NCBI GenBank assembly: GCA_035533075.1 | Contig: DATLUO010000045.1 | Location: 161 to 64,160 of the forward strand | From: Pirellulales bacterium | Lineage (GTDB): Bacteria > Planctomycetota > Planctomycetia > Pirellulales > JAICIG01 | Reading direction: 5' to 3' | DNA length: 64,000 bases | Shown: in pieces, positions 9,510-17,278 of the stretch | Layout: each line of letters begins with the position of its first letter | Numbering within the stretch: position 1 is the first letter of the stretch | The notes under the pieces: model-generated | Database searches by the model: none | The model's input: only the letters and a program-made list of their open reading frames with translations | What the model was told of the DNA's origin: nothing | Position numbers and translations under genes: made by a program

Positions 9510-9737
9510 TCAATATGCAGTGAAAAACCGCGAATCCGTGCCGCCGGGCCCGATCCGCAACCGCACCCGTTTGGAACATTTGGGACAGTTGCCTTCATAG
9601 GCCGTCGACTCGCGATTGACGTAGACGCGGCTATATACGTCGCAGCACGCAAAATGGATTCCGACAAACCGCCTCGCCGGTTCCCGGTTGCGGGGGCCGG
9701 GCGGCTCGCTCGACAGGTCGAGGTTTTCACCGGGCAT
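9510..9737 (-). CDS. small Cys-containing hypothetical protein
   Basis: 75-aa ORF with ...FACCDVY...GNCPKCSKRV... It is co-directional with the downstream genes and 58 nt upstream of the next start. Confidence 0.4.
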   Translation of the reverse strand: MPGENLDLSSEPPGPRNREPARRFVGIHFACCDVYSRVYVNRESTAYEGNCPKCSKRVRLRIGPGGTDSRFFTAY

Positions 9738-9811
9738 AAGGCGACCCTGGCTGACTGGCGAATCTGCGTTGACCGTTGACGCTCATGGCCCGGCGTGTTA
9801 TCGCTTGATGA

Positions 9812-10303
9812 GTGAGCTACGAACCGCTGCTGCACATTGTTCTGCACCAACCGGAGATTCCGCACAATACCGGTGCGGTGGGACGCACCTGCCTGGCCGC
9901 CGGCTGCAAGCTCTGGCTGGTGCGGCCGCTGGGTTTCCGCGTCGACGACTATTATCTTCGCCGGGCGGGTCTCGACTATTGGGAGCACCTCGAATGGGAA
10001 GTGGTCGATCACTGGGCGATGCTGGTCGAGCGGCTCGGCGGGCGGCCACCCTATTTGTTCAGCAAGTTCGCCGCCCGCAGTTATCTCGACGTGGCTTACC
10101 AGCCGGGCGATATTCTGGTATTCGGCAGCGAATCGGCCGGACTTCCGCCCGCGCTGGCCGAGCAGCACGCCGAGCGGCTGTTGCGGATACCCATTCGTCC
10201 CCAAGTGCGCAGCTTGAACTTGTCGAACGCCGTGGCGGTGGCGGTGTTCGAAGCCCAGCGGCAATGGACCCCTGCGCGCGTGAGGCTTGGCGATGGCGAG
10301 TGA
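9812..10303 (+). CDS. trmL: tRNA (cytidine/uridine-2'-O-)-methyltransferase, SpoU/TrmL type
   Basis: 163-aa ORF with a GTG start. HIVLHQPEIPHNTGAVGRTC, VFGSESAGLP and IPIRPQVRSLNLSNAVAV are SPOUT/TrmL motifs. Confidence 0.85.
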   Translation: MSYEPLLHIVLHQPEIPHNTGAVGRTCLAAGCKLWLVRPLGFRVDDYYLRRAGLDYWEHLEWEVVDHWAMLVERLGGRPPYLFSKFAARSYLDVAYQPGDILVFGSESAGLPPALAEQHAERLLRIPIRPQVRSLNLSNAVAVAVFEAQRQWTPARVRLGDGE

Positions 10304-10360
10304 AGGCGGCACGTAGCGCTCTGTCATGGGTCGATTGATGGATAGATCGAAGGACCGGTC

Positions 10361-10514
10361 GGTGGCTGGGGCAGAGCTTGGCCAGCTTCGGCCCGGTTTT
10401 AGGGCACGCTCCGCGGCCAAGCGATGCCCCGGTTTGACGCGCCGGGGCATCGCTTGGCCGCAGAGCGTATTCTGAAGGTCGCGACGGTTGCGGCCAAGCT
10501 CTGCCCCAGCCACC
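10361..10514. repeat. family-B nested-palindrome element, copy B1 (154 nt)
   Basis: Perfect 23-bp terminal inverted repeat GGTGGCTGGGGCAGAGCTTGGCC / GGCCAAGCTCTGCCCCAGCCACC plus a central 20-bp hairpin GCGGCCAAGCGATGCCCCGG...CCGGGGCATCGCTTGGCCGC. Lies in the convergent intergenic region between trmL and the ParB-like gene. Confidence 0.85.
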
Positions 10515-10569
10515 GTATCGTCGCCTTTCGCTCCGCGAAAGGCGACGTTTGGTGGGCCGGCCGACGATT

Positions 10570-11397
10570 TCAGCCGCGTGGCTCGACGGCCGCGCAGACC
10601 CAGCCGAGCTGGCTGCAGAACTGGCAGCCGTCCCCGCCGCAGAGGTCACAGCGCCCCGACGGCCGCATCGCCGCAAGGTAATCGGCCGACTGACGAAGGT
10701 TCGTGCGGAAATCGTCCAGACGGAGGGCCCGCAGATAATTGCCGCCCGGCACCAGGGCCAAATGCTCCACCGCCATCGCCAGCTTCTTCAAAGCCACCAG
10801 GCAGCGATCGAACTTTTCCGCCGCGCTCAAGGCAATTTGGACGCGGTCGCCGGTCGCGGGAACCGGCTCGCTCGTCGTTCGGCCCGCTGGTCGAACGATT
10901 CCGTCTTGTCCCACGCGCGCCACCCCCTCTTTGGGTAAACTGGCGGAATCCGCCAGTTGCCCTCGGAGCCCGCCCACGAGGTCATGACCCACGCCGCACA
11001 CTTCGGCGATCCAGCGGTTCGACCGTTTCGACCATTCTTCGTCGGCCAGCACCAGCTTGACGGCGTGGCGCTTGTCGGCGTTGGTGCGGCGCAGGCCGTG
11101 CGTGTTGTTGGCCTTGAGGGCGAACAGCACCGCGTCGCGTCGCGTGCCCTGAAGCACGCGGCACTCGACCGTCGGATGCTCCAACCGAGAATGGGCCCGG
11201 AAGCGGTGAAAGCCGTCCGCCAGCCAGAAATCCTGGCCGTCGAAAAAGACCACGATCGGCGGAAAGACGTCTGGCGAGCGCATGCGCTCGACGTACTCTT
11301 CCACGACCAGGCCGTCGATCTGCTCGCGGACCTGCGTGCCGCCGTCGGTGCGGATCTTCGCGACTTCAAGAGAAACCAACTGTTCTTCACCGGACAT
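10570..11397 (-). CDS. ParB/Srx-superfamily N-terminal domain protein with a C-terminal CxxC-x4-CxxC knuckle
   Basis: 275-aa ORF. IRTDGGTQVREQ, FWLADGFHRFRAH and ANNTHGLRRTNADKRHAV are ParB-like nuclease-domain patterns. The tail reads CDLCGGDGCQFC. Confidence 0.75.
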   Translation of the reverse strand: MSGEEQLVSLEVAKIRTDGGTQVREQIDGLVVEEYVERMRSPDVFPPIVVFFDGQDFWLADGFHRFRAHSRLEHPTVECRVLQGTRRDAVLFALKANNTHGLRRTNADKRHAVKLVLADEEWSKRSNRWIAEVCGVGHDLVGGLRGQLADSASLPKEGVARVGQDGIVRPAGRTTSEPVPATGDRVQIALSAAEKFDRCLVALKKLAMAVEHLALVPGGNYLRALRLDDFRTNLRQSADYLAAMRPSGRCDLCGGDGCQFCSQLGWVCAAVEPRG

Positions 11398-11600
11398 GAA
11401 ACACCTCCAAATGCAAAAAGTGGACTTTAGAACACAACACGACTACCCGTATTGTATCAAGCGTTCAGTATTGTCAAGAGGCGATCCGCAAATTTTATTG
11501 CATAGCTCGCAACGACCGGCCGGCCGCCGGCTGGCGCTTGTTGGTGTTCGCGCTTTCGGGGAGGCGGGTCCCACTCTCGCCTCCGCAAAGCCGACTGGGG

Positions 11601-12209
11601 TCACGGGCCGACGTTATTCTTGGCCCAGCGCAACCCGAGGGACAACATGATCCAGGCCCAGCCGTTGAAGATCATGTCGATGCCGACAAAAAGCCCAATG
11701 ACCCACAGCCCGTCGTAGGGCCAATGCTTGTAGATCAGAAGGCCCAAGAGCAGGGTCACGATGCCGTTCAACAGGACCCAGCCCCAGTCGTGGAACTTCA
11801 GCATAAGGGAGGCCACAATCCGGAACAGGCCGCTGATCAGCAGAAACAAGGCCACAACCAAGGTCAGTTGCACCGTGCTCTCGACCGGGGCGTCGACGAT
11901 CATGTAGCCGGTAATAACGTAGAGAATGCCGATGAGCAGGTGTAACAGCAGGCCGCTCCAGCGGCCCGCCCAAAATGCGCTGATGATCTGGATCACGCCG
12001 CCCGTCAGCAGCAGGAAGCCGAAGAACACGACCGTCACGACCGAGACGAAAAAGGACGAGCCGAGAGCCACCGTGCCCAGCACGATCATGGCGATGCCCA
12101 AAAGTAGAAACCACCACCAATGCTCTCCGACGGCGGCCAGCTCGTGACGAACCGCGGCGGCCAGCGGACCGCCGGGCGGCGAAGGGGCAGACGGTTGCTC
12201 GACGCTCAT
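11601..12209 (-). CDS. HdeD/DUF308-family membrane protein
   Basis: Start moved to MSVEQPS (ATG 12209). Six hydrophobic segments, with the WWWFLLLGIAMIVLG...GGVIQIISAF...LLIGILYVITG repeat pattern typical of DUF308. Confidence 0.7.
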   Translation of the reverse strand: MSVEQPSAPSPPGGPLAAAVRHELAAVGEHWWWFLLLGIAMIVLGTVALGSSFFVSVVTVVFFGFLLLTGGVIQIISAFWAGRWSGLLLHLLIGILYVITGYMIVDAPVESTVQLTLVVALFLLISGLFRIVASLMLKFHDWGWVLLNGIVTLLLGLLIYKHWPYDGLWVIGLFVGIDMIFNGWAWIMLSLGLRWAKNNVGP

Positions 12210-12463
12210 GACAAGGAACCTTTCTGTGGCCGTTGCGTGCTTGCGAATGGATGCGGAACCGTGCAGTCGCAGCGGTCCCTGCTTCGGCTGTAGTATATTT
12301 TGGCCGCAGGGGCCAAGCAAACAAATTCTCCGCCGATTGAAAGTGGGGCGGCCGGATAACCGTTTATATAAATGATCGGCAGCGCGACGAGCGGCGGCAG
12401 CACCAGCGCCGACGCAACGACGATCGCGATACCACAGCCTATCGACCGCATCTGGGTCGCCAT
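12206..12463 (-). CDS. small hypothetical membrane protein
   Basis: 85-aa ORF with one N-terminal hydrophobic helix. GAGG lies 11 nt upstream of the ATG, and its TGA overlaps the hdeD-like ATG (ATGA at 12209-12206). Confidence 0.35.
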   Translation of the reverse strand: MATQMRSIGCGIAIVVASALVLPPLVALPIIYINGYPAAPLSIGGEFVCLAPAAKIYYSRSRDRCDCTVPHPFASTQRPQKGSLS

Positions 12464-12478
12464 TTTACGATAACCTCG

Positions 12479-12856
12479 CTACGACCCAACGGCGCCGGCC
12501 AGTTCGTCGAGTGGAATGTCGAGCTCGCGAGCGATGCGGGCGGCAATGGAAAGGCTTGGCTCCCGCTGGTCCTGTTCCAGATAAGAGAGGTAGCCTTGCG
12601 CCACGCGGGCGCGCGCGGCCAACTCCGCCTGCGTGAGCCCGTGGGCCTCGCGCGCGGTCCTGATCCGTTCGCCAAGCGTGGCGGTGCCCCGCTGGGCGGC
12701 TTGCTCTCTACGCTTTTCCGCAAGCAACTCGCGCCCTTGCGCAATGATCTCGTCTTTGTCTTTTTCCACCAACTCACGCAAACGGCGGACGTCGGCGGCC
12801 TCCTCAGCCGTCAATTTACACGGACCGGTAATGCGTTGCATCTTCTTTGATGGCAT
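12479..12856 (-). CDS. XRE-family helix-turn-helix protein (antitoxin-like)
   Basis: 125-aa ORF. The C-terminal LGERIRTAREAHGLTQAELAARARVAQGYLSYLEQDQREPSLSIAARIAREL is a canonical HTH_3 pattern. AAGGAG lies 5 nt upstream of the ATG. Confidence 0.8.
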   Translation of the reverse strand: MPSKKMQRITGPCKLTAEEAADVRRLRELVEKDKDEIIAQGRELLAEKRREQAAQRGTATLGERIRTAREAHGLTQAELAARARVAQGYLSYLEQDQREPSLSIAARIARELDIPLDELAGAVGS

Positions 12857-12870
12857 GAGCGCTCCTTAAT

Positions 12871-13007
12871 GTAAAGCTTCGCCGAACCCGGTACGCAGGC
12901 GCCCTACACCAACCCGAAGCGCCAGCGAGGAACGTGAAAAAGGCGGCAAAACCTCGCTTGCGCTTCGGGTTAGTGTGGAAATGGGAACGGGTTCGGCGAA
13001 GCTTTAC
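12871..13007. mobile_element. MITE-like non-autonomous element (137 bp)
   Basis: Perfect 20-bp terminal inverted repeats GTAAAGCTTCGCCGAACCCG, flanked by the direct repeat TCCTTAAT (12863-12870 and 13008-13015). An internal second inverted repeat is CACCAACCCGAAGCGCCAGCGAGG / CCTCGCTTGCGCTTCGGGTTAGTG. No ORF. Confidence 0.7.
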
Positions 13008-13025
13008 TCCTTAATTCGGTCGCGA

Positions 13026-13325
13026 CTATTCGTCAATGTCATAGGCCGTCACCGGCCTTGCTGTGTCGTCGTCAATTTCCTGAAACACGACCGCGATGAA
13101 GCGTCCGGTTGAAGTCGAGCCGAAGACGACCGGCAGACCGGACGACCGGTTCGTCGTCCTGCCTTCTGGATTAGCCAGTACGTCTTCGACTTCCTCCTTC
13201 GCCAGATCATGCTCCGCAATGTGCTGGACATTCCCGACCGGATCGTCATCGAGATCCCAAATGATTGTGCTGTAACCCAGGCCGCGGTTCCCTCGATTAT
13301 AACAATTGTGATGAACCGGGCAATA
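13026..13325 (-). pseudogene. BrnT/DUF497-like toxin ORF lacking an ATG/GTG/TTG start
   Basis: My own translation of a frame absent from the ORF track: ...LGYSTIIWDLDDDPVGNVQHIAEHDLAKEEVEDVLANPEGRTTNRSSGLPVVFGSTSTGRFIAVVFQEIDDDTARPVTAYDIDE* (TAG 13028-13026). The layout WD..N..H..EEvE.V..P...G.t..GR.i.VV resembles BrnT. Only CTG (13280) or ATC/ATT codons are available as a start. Confidence 0.35.
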
Positions 13326-13400
13326 TCAACCTCAAAGCCCATCATCATCATGATGGGCGGCGGCTGGCAAGCGCGCTGAATCGCAACCCGCGCTGAGCCA

Positions 13401-13925
13401 CTACGTGGCGTCGGCGGAGCGAAGCTTTTGGGTGATGTAACGCAGCACGTCGCGCACGGAAATCATCCCGTCGACGCGGCCTTGGCTGACCACCGGCAAG
13501 TGACGATAGCCGCCCACGTCCATCTTGTGAACGGCAAAGGCGATCCGCGCCTCGCGTTCCACCGTTTCGGGCGAACGAGTCATGAACTCGGAGACCGGAC
13601 GCTGAGCCAGGGCCGCGAAATCGACGTTCAAGCGGTCGAGCGCGTCGCGCTCGCTGAACACGCCCAGAAGCTGCTCCCCCCGCTCCACGATCACGCAGCC
13701 GACCTGCTGCTCGGCCATCAACTGCAGCACTTGGCCCACCGTTTGCTCGGGGGCGACCGTCAGGGGCGTCTTCGGCTGCAGCGACGAAACGCGGTCTTTG
13801 GCCAGACTGCGCTCGACGGCCGAGCGGGGCCGCGGCTTCGAGAGATGATCGAGCGGCTGCTGGCACTCCTCGCAATGATCGGCCCCGTCAATGTTCTCGA
13901 CGCCGCAGTAAGGGCATTCGGTCAT
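13401..13925 (-). CDS. CBS-pair domain protein with an N-terminal zinc ribbon
   Basis: 174-aa ORF. CPYCGVEN...CEECQQP is followed by two CBS-like units (VGCVIVERGEQLLGVFSERD...; YRHLPVVSQGRVDGMISVRDV). Confidence 0.85.
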   Translation of the reverse strand: MTECPYCGVENIDGADHCEECQQPLDHLSKPRPRSAVERSLAKDRVSSLQPKTPLTVAPEQTVGQVLQLMAEQQVGCVIVERGEQLLGVFSERDALDRLNVDFAALAQRPVSEFMTRSPETVEREARIAFAVHKMDVGGYRHLPVVSQGRVDGMISVRDVLRYITQKLRSADAT

Positions 13926-13951
13926 GGTGAATCTCCGCGGGAAAAGGCATT

Positions 13952-13996
13952 AGGCGTCAGGAAGGCACGACTCGGATTGTCCTGACGCCTTTTGTT
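13952..13996. terminator. 11-bp perfect hairpin between korB and the CBS gene; possibly bidirectional
   Basis: AGGCGTCAGGA-17 nt-TCCTGACGCCT is followed by TTTTGTT on the plus strand. On the minus (gene) strand it is followed by AATGCCTTTTCC. Confidence 0.4.
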
Positions 13997-14035
13997 GGTG
14001 GGCCGGCGCTCGCAAGCTCGCTGGTCCCACCCTAC
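13997..14035 (-). repeat. family-A REP element, copy A1
   Basis: The reverse complement reads GTAGGGTGGGACCAGCGAGCTTGCGAGCGCCGGCCCACC, a GTAG head plus an imperfect palindrome. It lies 2 nt downstream of the korB stop. Confidence 0.85.
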
Positions 14036-14037
14036 AG

Positions 14038-15060
14038 TCACTCGACGGTCCAGGTGTCGCCCGAATAATATAGCTTCTGCAAATCCCCCTCGCCCTTGGT
14101 CTGGCGGGCCTCGGCGATCTGAGCGTTGATCAGCTCGTCGTACTTCGGCTTGGCCACGTCGCGGAACACGCCGATCGGCTCCGGAAACTCCGGATGACGC
14201 ATGCGGCTGAGCAGGTAGGCCAGCGTCGGCTCAGGCGCCCGCTCGTCGTGGAACAGCAGGTCGTCTTCGCTGATGCCCTTGCCCAATTGAACGGTCTCCG
14301 GATTCATGCCGTTGAGGCGGATGCCCTTGTCGCGGTTCTTGCCGAAGATCAGCGGCTTGCCGTGTTCCAGTTCGAGCGTGGTGTCGAACTTCATTTCGCG
14401 GTCGGTGGCGTATTCGAAGGCGCCGTCGTTGAACACGTTGCAGTTCTGATAGACCTCGACGAACGAGATGCCGCGGTGCTCGGCCGCCCGCTTCAGCACC
14501 ATGCCCAGGTGCTTGATGTTGGTGTCGATGGAGCGGGCCACAAAGGTCGCTTCGCAGCCGATGGCGATGCACAGCGGGGCCAGGGGATTGTCGATCGCCC
14601 CCATGGGCGTGCTCTTGGTCACCTTGCCGACCGGCGAGGTGGGAGAATATTGGCCCTTGGTCAGGCCGTAGATGCGGTTGTTGAAGAGGATGATGTTGAT
14701 GTCGAGGTTGCGGCGAATGCAGTGCATCAGGTGGTTGCCGCCGATGCTCAGGCCGTCGCCGTCGCCGGTGATGACCCACACGGAAAGGTCGGGCCGGCTC
14801 GCCTTCAGGCCGGTGGCCACGGCCGGCGCCCGGCCGTGAATGGAGTGCATGCCGTAGGTGTTCATGTAATACGGAAAGCGGCTGGAGCAGCCGATGCCCG
14901 AAATGAACACCGTCTTTTCTCGCGGTATGCCCAGCGTGGGAAGCACTTTTTTCATCTGGGCGAGGATCGAATAGTCGCCGCAGCCGGGGCACCAACGCAC
15001 GTCCTGGTCGCTGGCAAAATCGCTGGCGGTGAGCACCGGCAACGCGGTATCGGTAGCCAT
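14038..15060 (-). CDS. korB: 2-oxoacid:ferredoxin oxidoreductase, beta (TPP-binding) subunit
   Basis: Start moved to MATDTALPV (ATG 15060), because the upstream 50 codons are REP-derived. WCPGCGDYSIL, GIGCSSRFPYY and GDGDGLSIGGNH are OFOR beta-subunit motifs. Confidence 0.9.
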   Translation of the reverse strand: MATDTALPVLTASDFASDQDVRWCPGCGDYSILAQMKKVLPTLGIPREKTVFISGIGCSSRFPYYMNTYGMHSIHGRAPAVATGLKASRPDLSVWVITGDGDGLSIGGNHLMHCIRRNLDINIILFNNRIYGLTKGQYSPTSPVGKVTKSTPMGAIDNPLAPLCIAIGCEATFVARSIDTNIKHLGMVLKRAAEHRGISFVEVYQNCNVFNDGAFEYATDREMKFDTTLELEHGKPLIFGKNRDKGIRLNGMNPETVQLGKGISEDDLLFHDERAPEPTLAYLLSRMRHPEFPEPIGVFRDVAKPKYDELINAQIAEARQTKGEGDLQKLYYSGDTWTVE

Positions 15061-15121
15061 GGGTTTCAGTACCTTTTCTCTGGATGAAGTCAACATTGTA
15101 TGTGGATGTTCCTTAGTCGCG

Positions 15122-15215
15122 GTAGGGTGGGACCAGCGAGCTTGCGAGCGCCGGCCCACCAGCGGCGCTGATGCGTGGTGGGCCGGCGCTCGCAAGCTCG
15201 CTGGTCCCACCCTAC
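15122..15215. repeat. REPIN-like inverted doublet of family-A REPs (copies A2 and A3)
   Basis: GTAGGGTGGGACCAGCGAGCTTGCGAGCGCCGGCCCACC (15122-15160), a 16-nt spacer, then the inverted copy (15177-15215). It fills the korA-korB intergenic region. Confidence 0.85.
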
Positions 15216-15221
15216 ACGTCC

Positions 15222-17084
15222 CTAGTCGCCGGCCAGCAGCTCCTGGATTTTGTCCACCACCTCCGCCACAGTGAATGGTTTGCCTTTGACCTTGTTCAAG
15301 CCGATCGCGTCCACCAGGAACTCGCCCCGCAGCAAGAGCCGCAGTTGCCCGCGGTTCAGCTCCGGCACGAGCACGGTCTGGTAACGACTGAGAATCTCTC
15401 CCAGGTTTCGTGGGAACGGGTTCAGGTAGCGAAGATGGCAGTGTGCAACCGGGCCGCCCGATTCAATCACTTCGCGCACCGCCGTGGCGCACGCGCCGTA
15501 GGTGCCGCCCCAACTCACCACCAGCAGCCGCGCGTGTTCGGCCCCCGTGACTTCCTGCAAGGGAATGTCGTTGGCCACGTTGGCCACCTTGCGTGCCCGC
15601 GTGTTGACCATGTGCTGATGGTTGTCGGGCTCGTAGTTGACGTTGCCGGTGATGTCTTGCTTTTCCAGGCCGCCGATGCGGTGCATCAGGCCGGGCGTGC
15701 CGGGCAGGGCCCAGGGACGCGAGAGCCGTTCGTCGCGCTCGTAAGGATGAAACACGTCGCCGTTGTGGCCCGCTGTGGGATGCTTGACCTCGATCGGCGG
15801 CATGGAATCCACATCGGGAATGCGCCACGGCTCCGAGCCGTTGGCCAGGTAGCCGTCGGTGAGCACCATCACGGGCGTCATGAACCGCACGGCAATCCGC
15901 CAGGCCTCTTGCACCACGTCGAAGCAATCGGCGGGACTGCGGGCGGCAATCACGGGCATGGGACATTCGCCGTTGCGGCCGAACATGGCTTGCAACAGGT
16001 CGGCCTGCTCGGTCTTGGTCGGCAAGCCGGTGCTCGGCCCGCCGCGTTGTACGTTGATGATCAACAGCGGCAGCTCGGTCATCACGGCCAGCCCCATCGC
16101 CTCTTGCTTCAGGGCGATGCCGGGGCCGCTGGACGTGGTCATGGCCATCGCCCCGCCGAAGGCCGCGCCGATGGCGGCGGTGATGGCGGCGATTTCGTCT
16201 TCGGCCTGAAACGTGCGAACGCCGAAGTTCTTGTGCCGCGACAGCTCGTGCAGAATGTCGCTGGCGGGCGTAATGGGATAGCTGCCTAAAAACAGTTCGC
16301 AGTTGCTCCGCTTGGCGGCGGTCATCACCCCGTAGGCCGTGGCTTCGTTGCCGGTGAGGTTGCGGTAGACGCCGGGCGGCAACTCCGCGCGGTTGACGTG
16401 GTACTGGGCGGCGAAGGCTTCGGTCGTCTCGCCGTAATGGTAGCCGGCCATCAGCGCCTTGCGGTTCGCATCGGCGACGGCGGGCGACTTTTTGGCGAAC
16501 TTGGCGTCGATATAGCGGAGCGTCGGATCCAACGAGCGATCGTAGAGCCAGAACACCAGCCCCATGGCAAAGAAGTTGCGGCAGCGGTCGCTTTCTTTCT
16601 GTCCCAAACCACAACCTTCGACGGCCAGCCGCGTGAGCTTGGTCATGTCGACCTGAATGAGTTGATACTCCGAGAGGCTGCCATCGTCCAGCGGACTGGT
16701 GTGATAGCCCGCCTGCTTCATGCCTTGCCCGTCGAAGGCGTCGCGGTTGACGATCAAAATGCCGCCCGGCACAAGGTCGGACAAATTCGTGACCAGGGCG
16801 GCCGGGTTCATGGCCACCAGCGCTTCGACCTGGTCGCCCGGCGTGTAGATGTCCTTGTTGGCAAAATGGATCTGAAAACCGCTGACGCCGGCCTTGGTGC
16901 CGCGGGGAGCGCGAATTTCAGCCGGAAAATCGGGGAAAGTGGCGACGTCGTTGCCGGCCAGGGCGGAGGTGTTGGTCAATTGGGTGCCGGCCAACTGCAT
17001 GCCGTCGCCCGAATCGCCGCAGAAGCGGACCGTGGCCGATTCGAGTTCCACGACCGGTTTAGAGCCGTCGGTGATTGTAGCCAT
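15222..17084 (-). CDS. korA: 2-oxoacid:ferredoxin oxidoreductase, fused alpha/gamma subunit
   Basis: 620-aa ORF. FCGDSGDGMQLAG, FPDFPAEIRAP and GSYPITPASDILHEL are OFOR alpha/gamma patterns. It lies immediately upstream of korB. Confidence 0.9.
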   Translation of the reverse strand: MATITDGSKPVVELESATVRFCGDSGDGMQLAGTQLTNTSALAGNDVATFPDFPAEIRAPRGTKAGVSGFQIHFANKDIYTPGDQVEALVAMNPAALVTNLSDLVPGGILIVNRDAFDGQGMKQAGYHTSPLDDGSLSEYQLIQVDMTKLTRLAVEGCGLGQKESDRCRNFFAMGLVFWLYDRSLDPTLRYIDAKFAKKSPAVADANRKALMAGYHYGETTEAFAAQYHVNRAELPPGVYRNLTGNEATAYGVMTAAKRSNCELFLGSYPITPASDILHELSRHKNFGVRTFQAEDEIAAITAAIGAAFGGAMAMTTSSGPGIALKQEAMGLAVMTELPLLIINVQRGGPSTGLPTKTEQADLLQAMFGRNGECPMPVIAARSPADCFDVVQEAWRIAVRFMTPVMVLTDGYLANGSEPWRIPDVDSMPPIEVKHPTAGHNGDVFHPYERDERLSRPWALPGTPGLMHRIGGLEKQDITGNVNYEPDNHQHMVNTRARKVANVANDIPLQEVTGAEHARLLVVSWGGTYGACATAVREVIESGGPVAHCHLRYLNPFPRNLGEILSRYQTVLVPELNRGQLRLLLRGEFLVDAIGLNKVKGKPFTVAEVVDKIQELLAGD

Positions 17085-17278
17085 GTCTCGTTACTGTTCC
17101 TTTAAAATCCAAGTCAAAGAGGCGCCGTGGGGCGGCGCAAAAAAGCGATCGAGAGCAAAACGGATCAAGGAGGGGTCAAGCCGGCAACGCACGCGGCCGG
17201 CCGAAAGAGTGCGGCGGGGGAGTATCTATTTGATTGTAGCACCCGGCGGCAATCGTCAAGCGTTGCCAGCGGTTGCTC

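Noticed and set aside
8966-10513. 515-aa minus-strand ORF taken at face value
   Set aside because: Its first ~350 codons run antisense through trmL and through a family-B repeat. Only the last 161 codons (from MDYEVERC) look like a protein.
13049-13351. 100-aa ORF starting MMMMGFEVDIARF
   Set aside because: The sequence is implausible (Ser/Arg/Thr-rich with no domain pattern). An overlapping frame gives a much more protein-like BrnT-type sequence.
17121-17138. GCGCCG-loop-CGGCGC hairpin upstream of korA as a terminator of the CBS gene
   Set aside because: The stem is only 6 bp. The U-run lies on the wrong side for the gene strand (a T6 precedes the stem on the minus strand).
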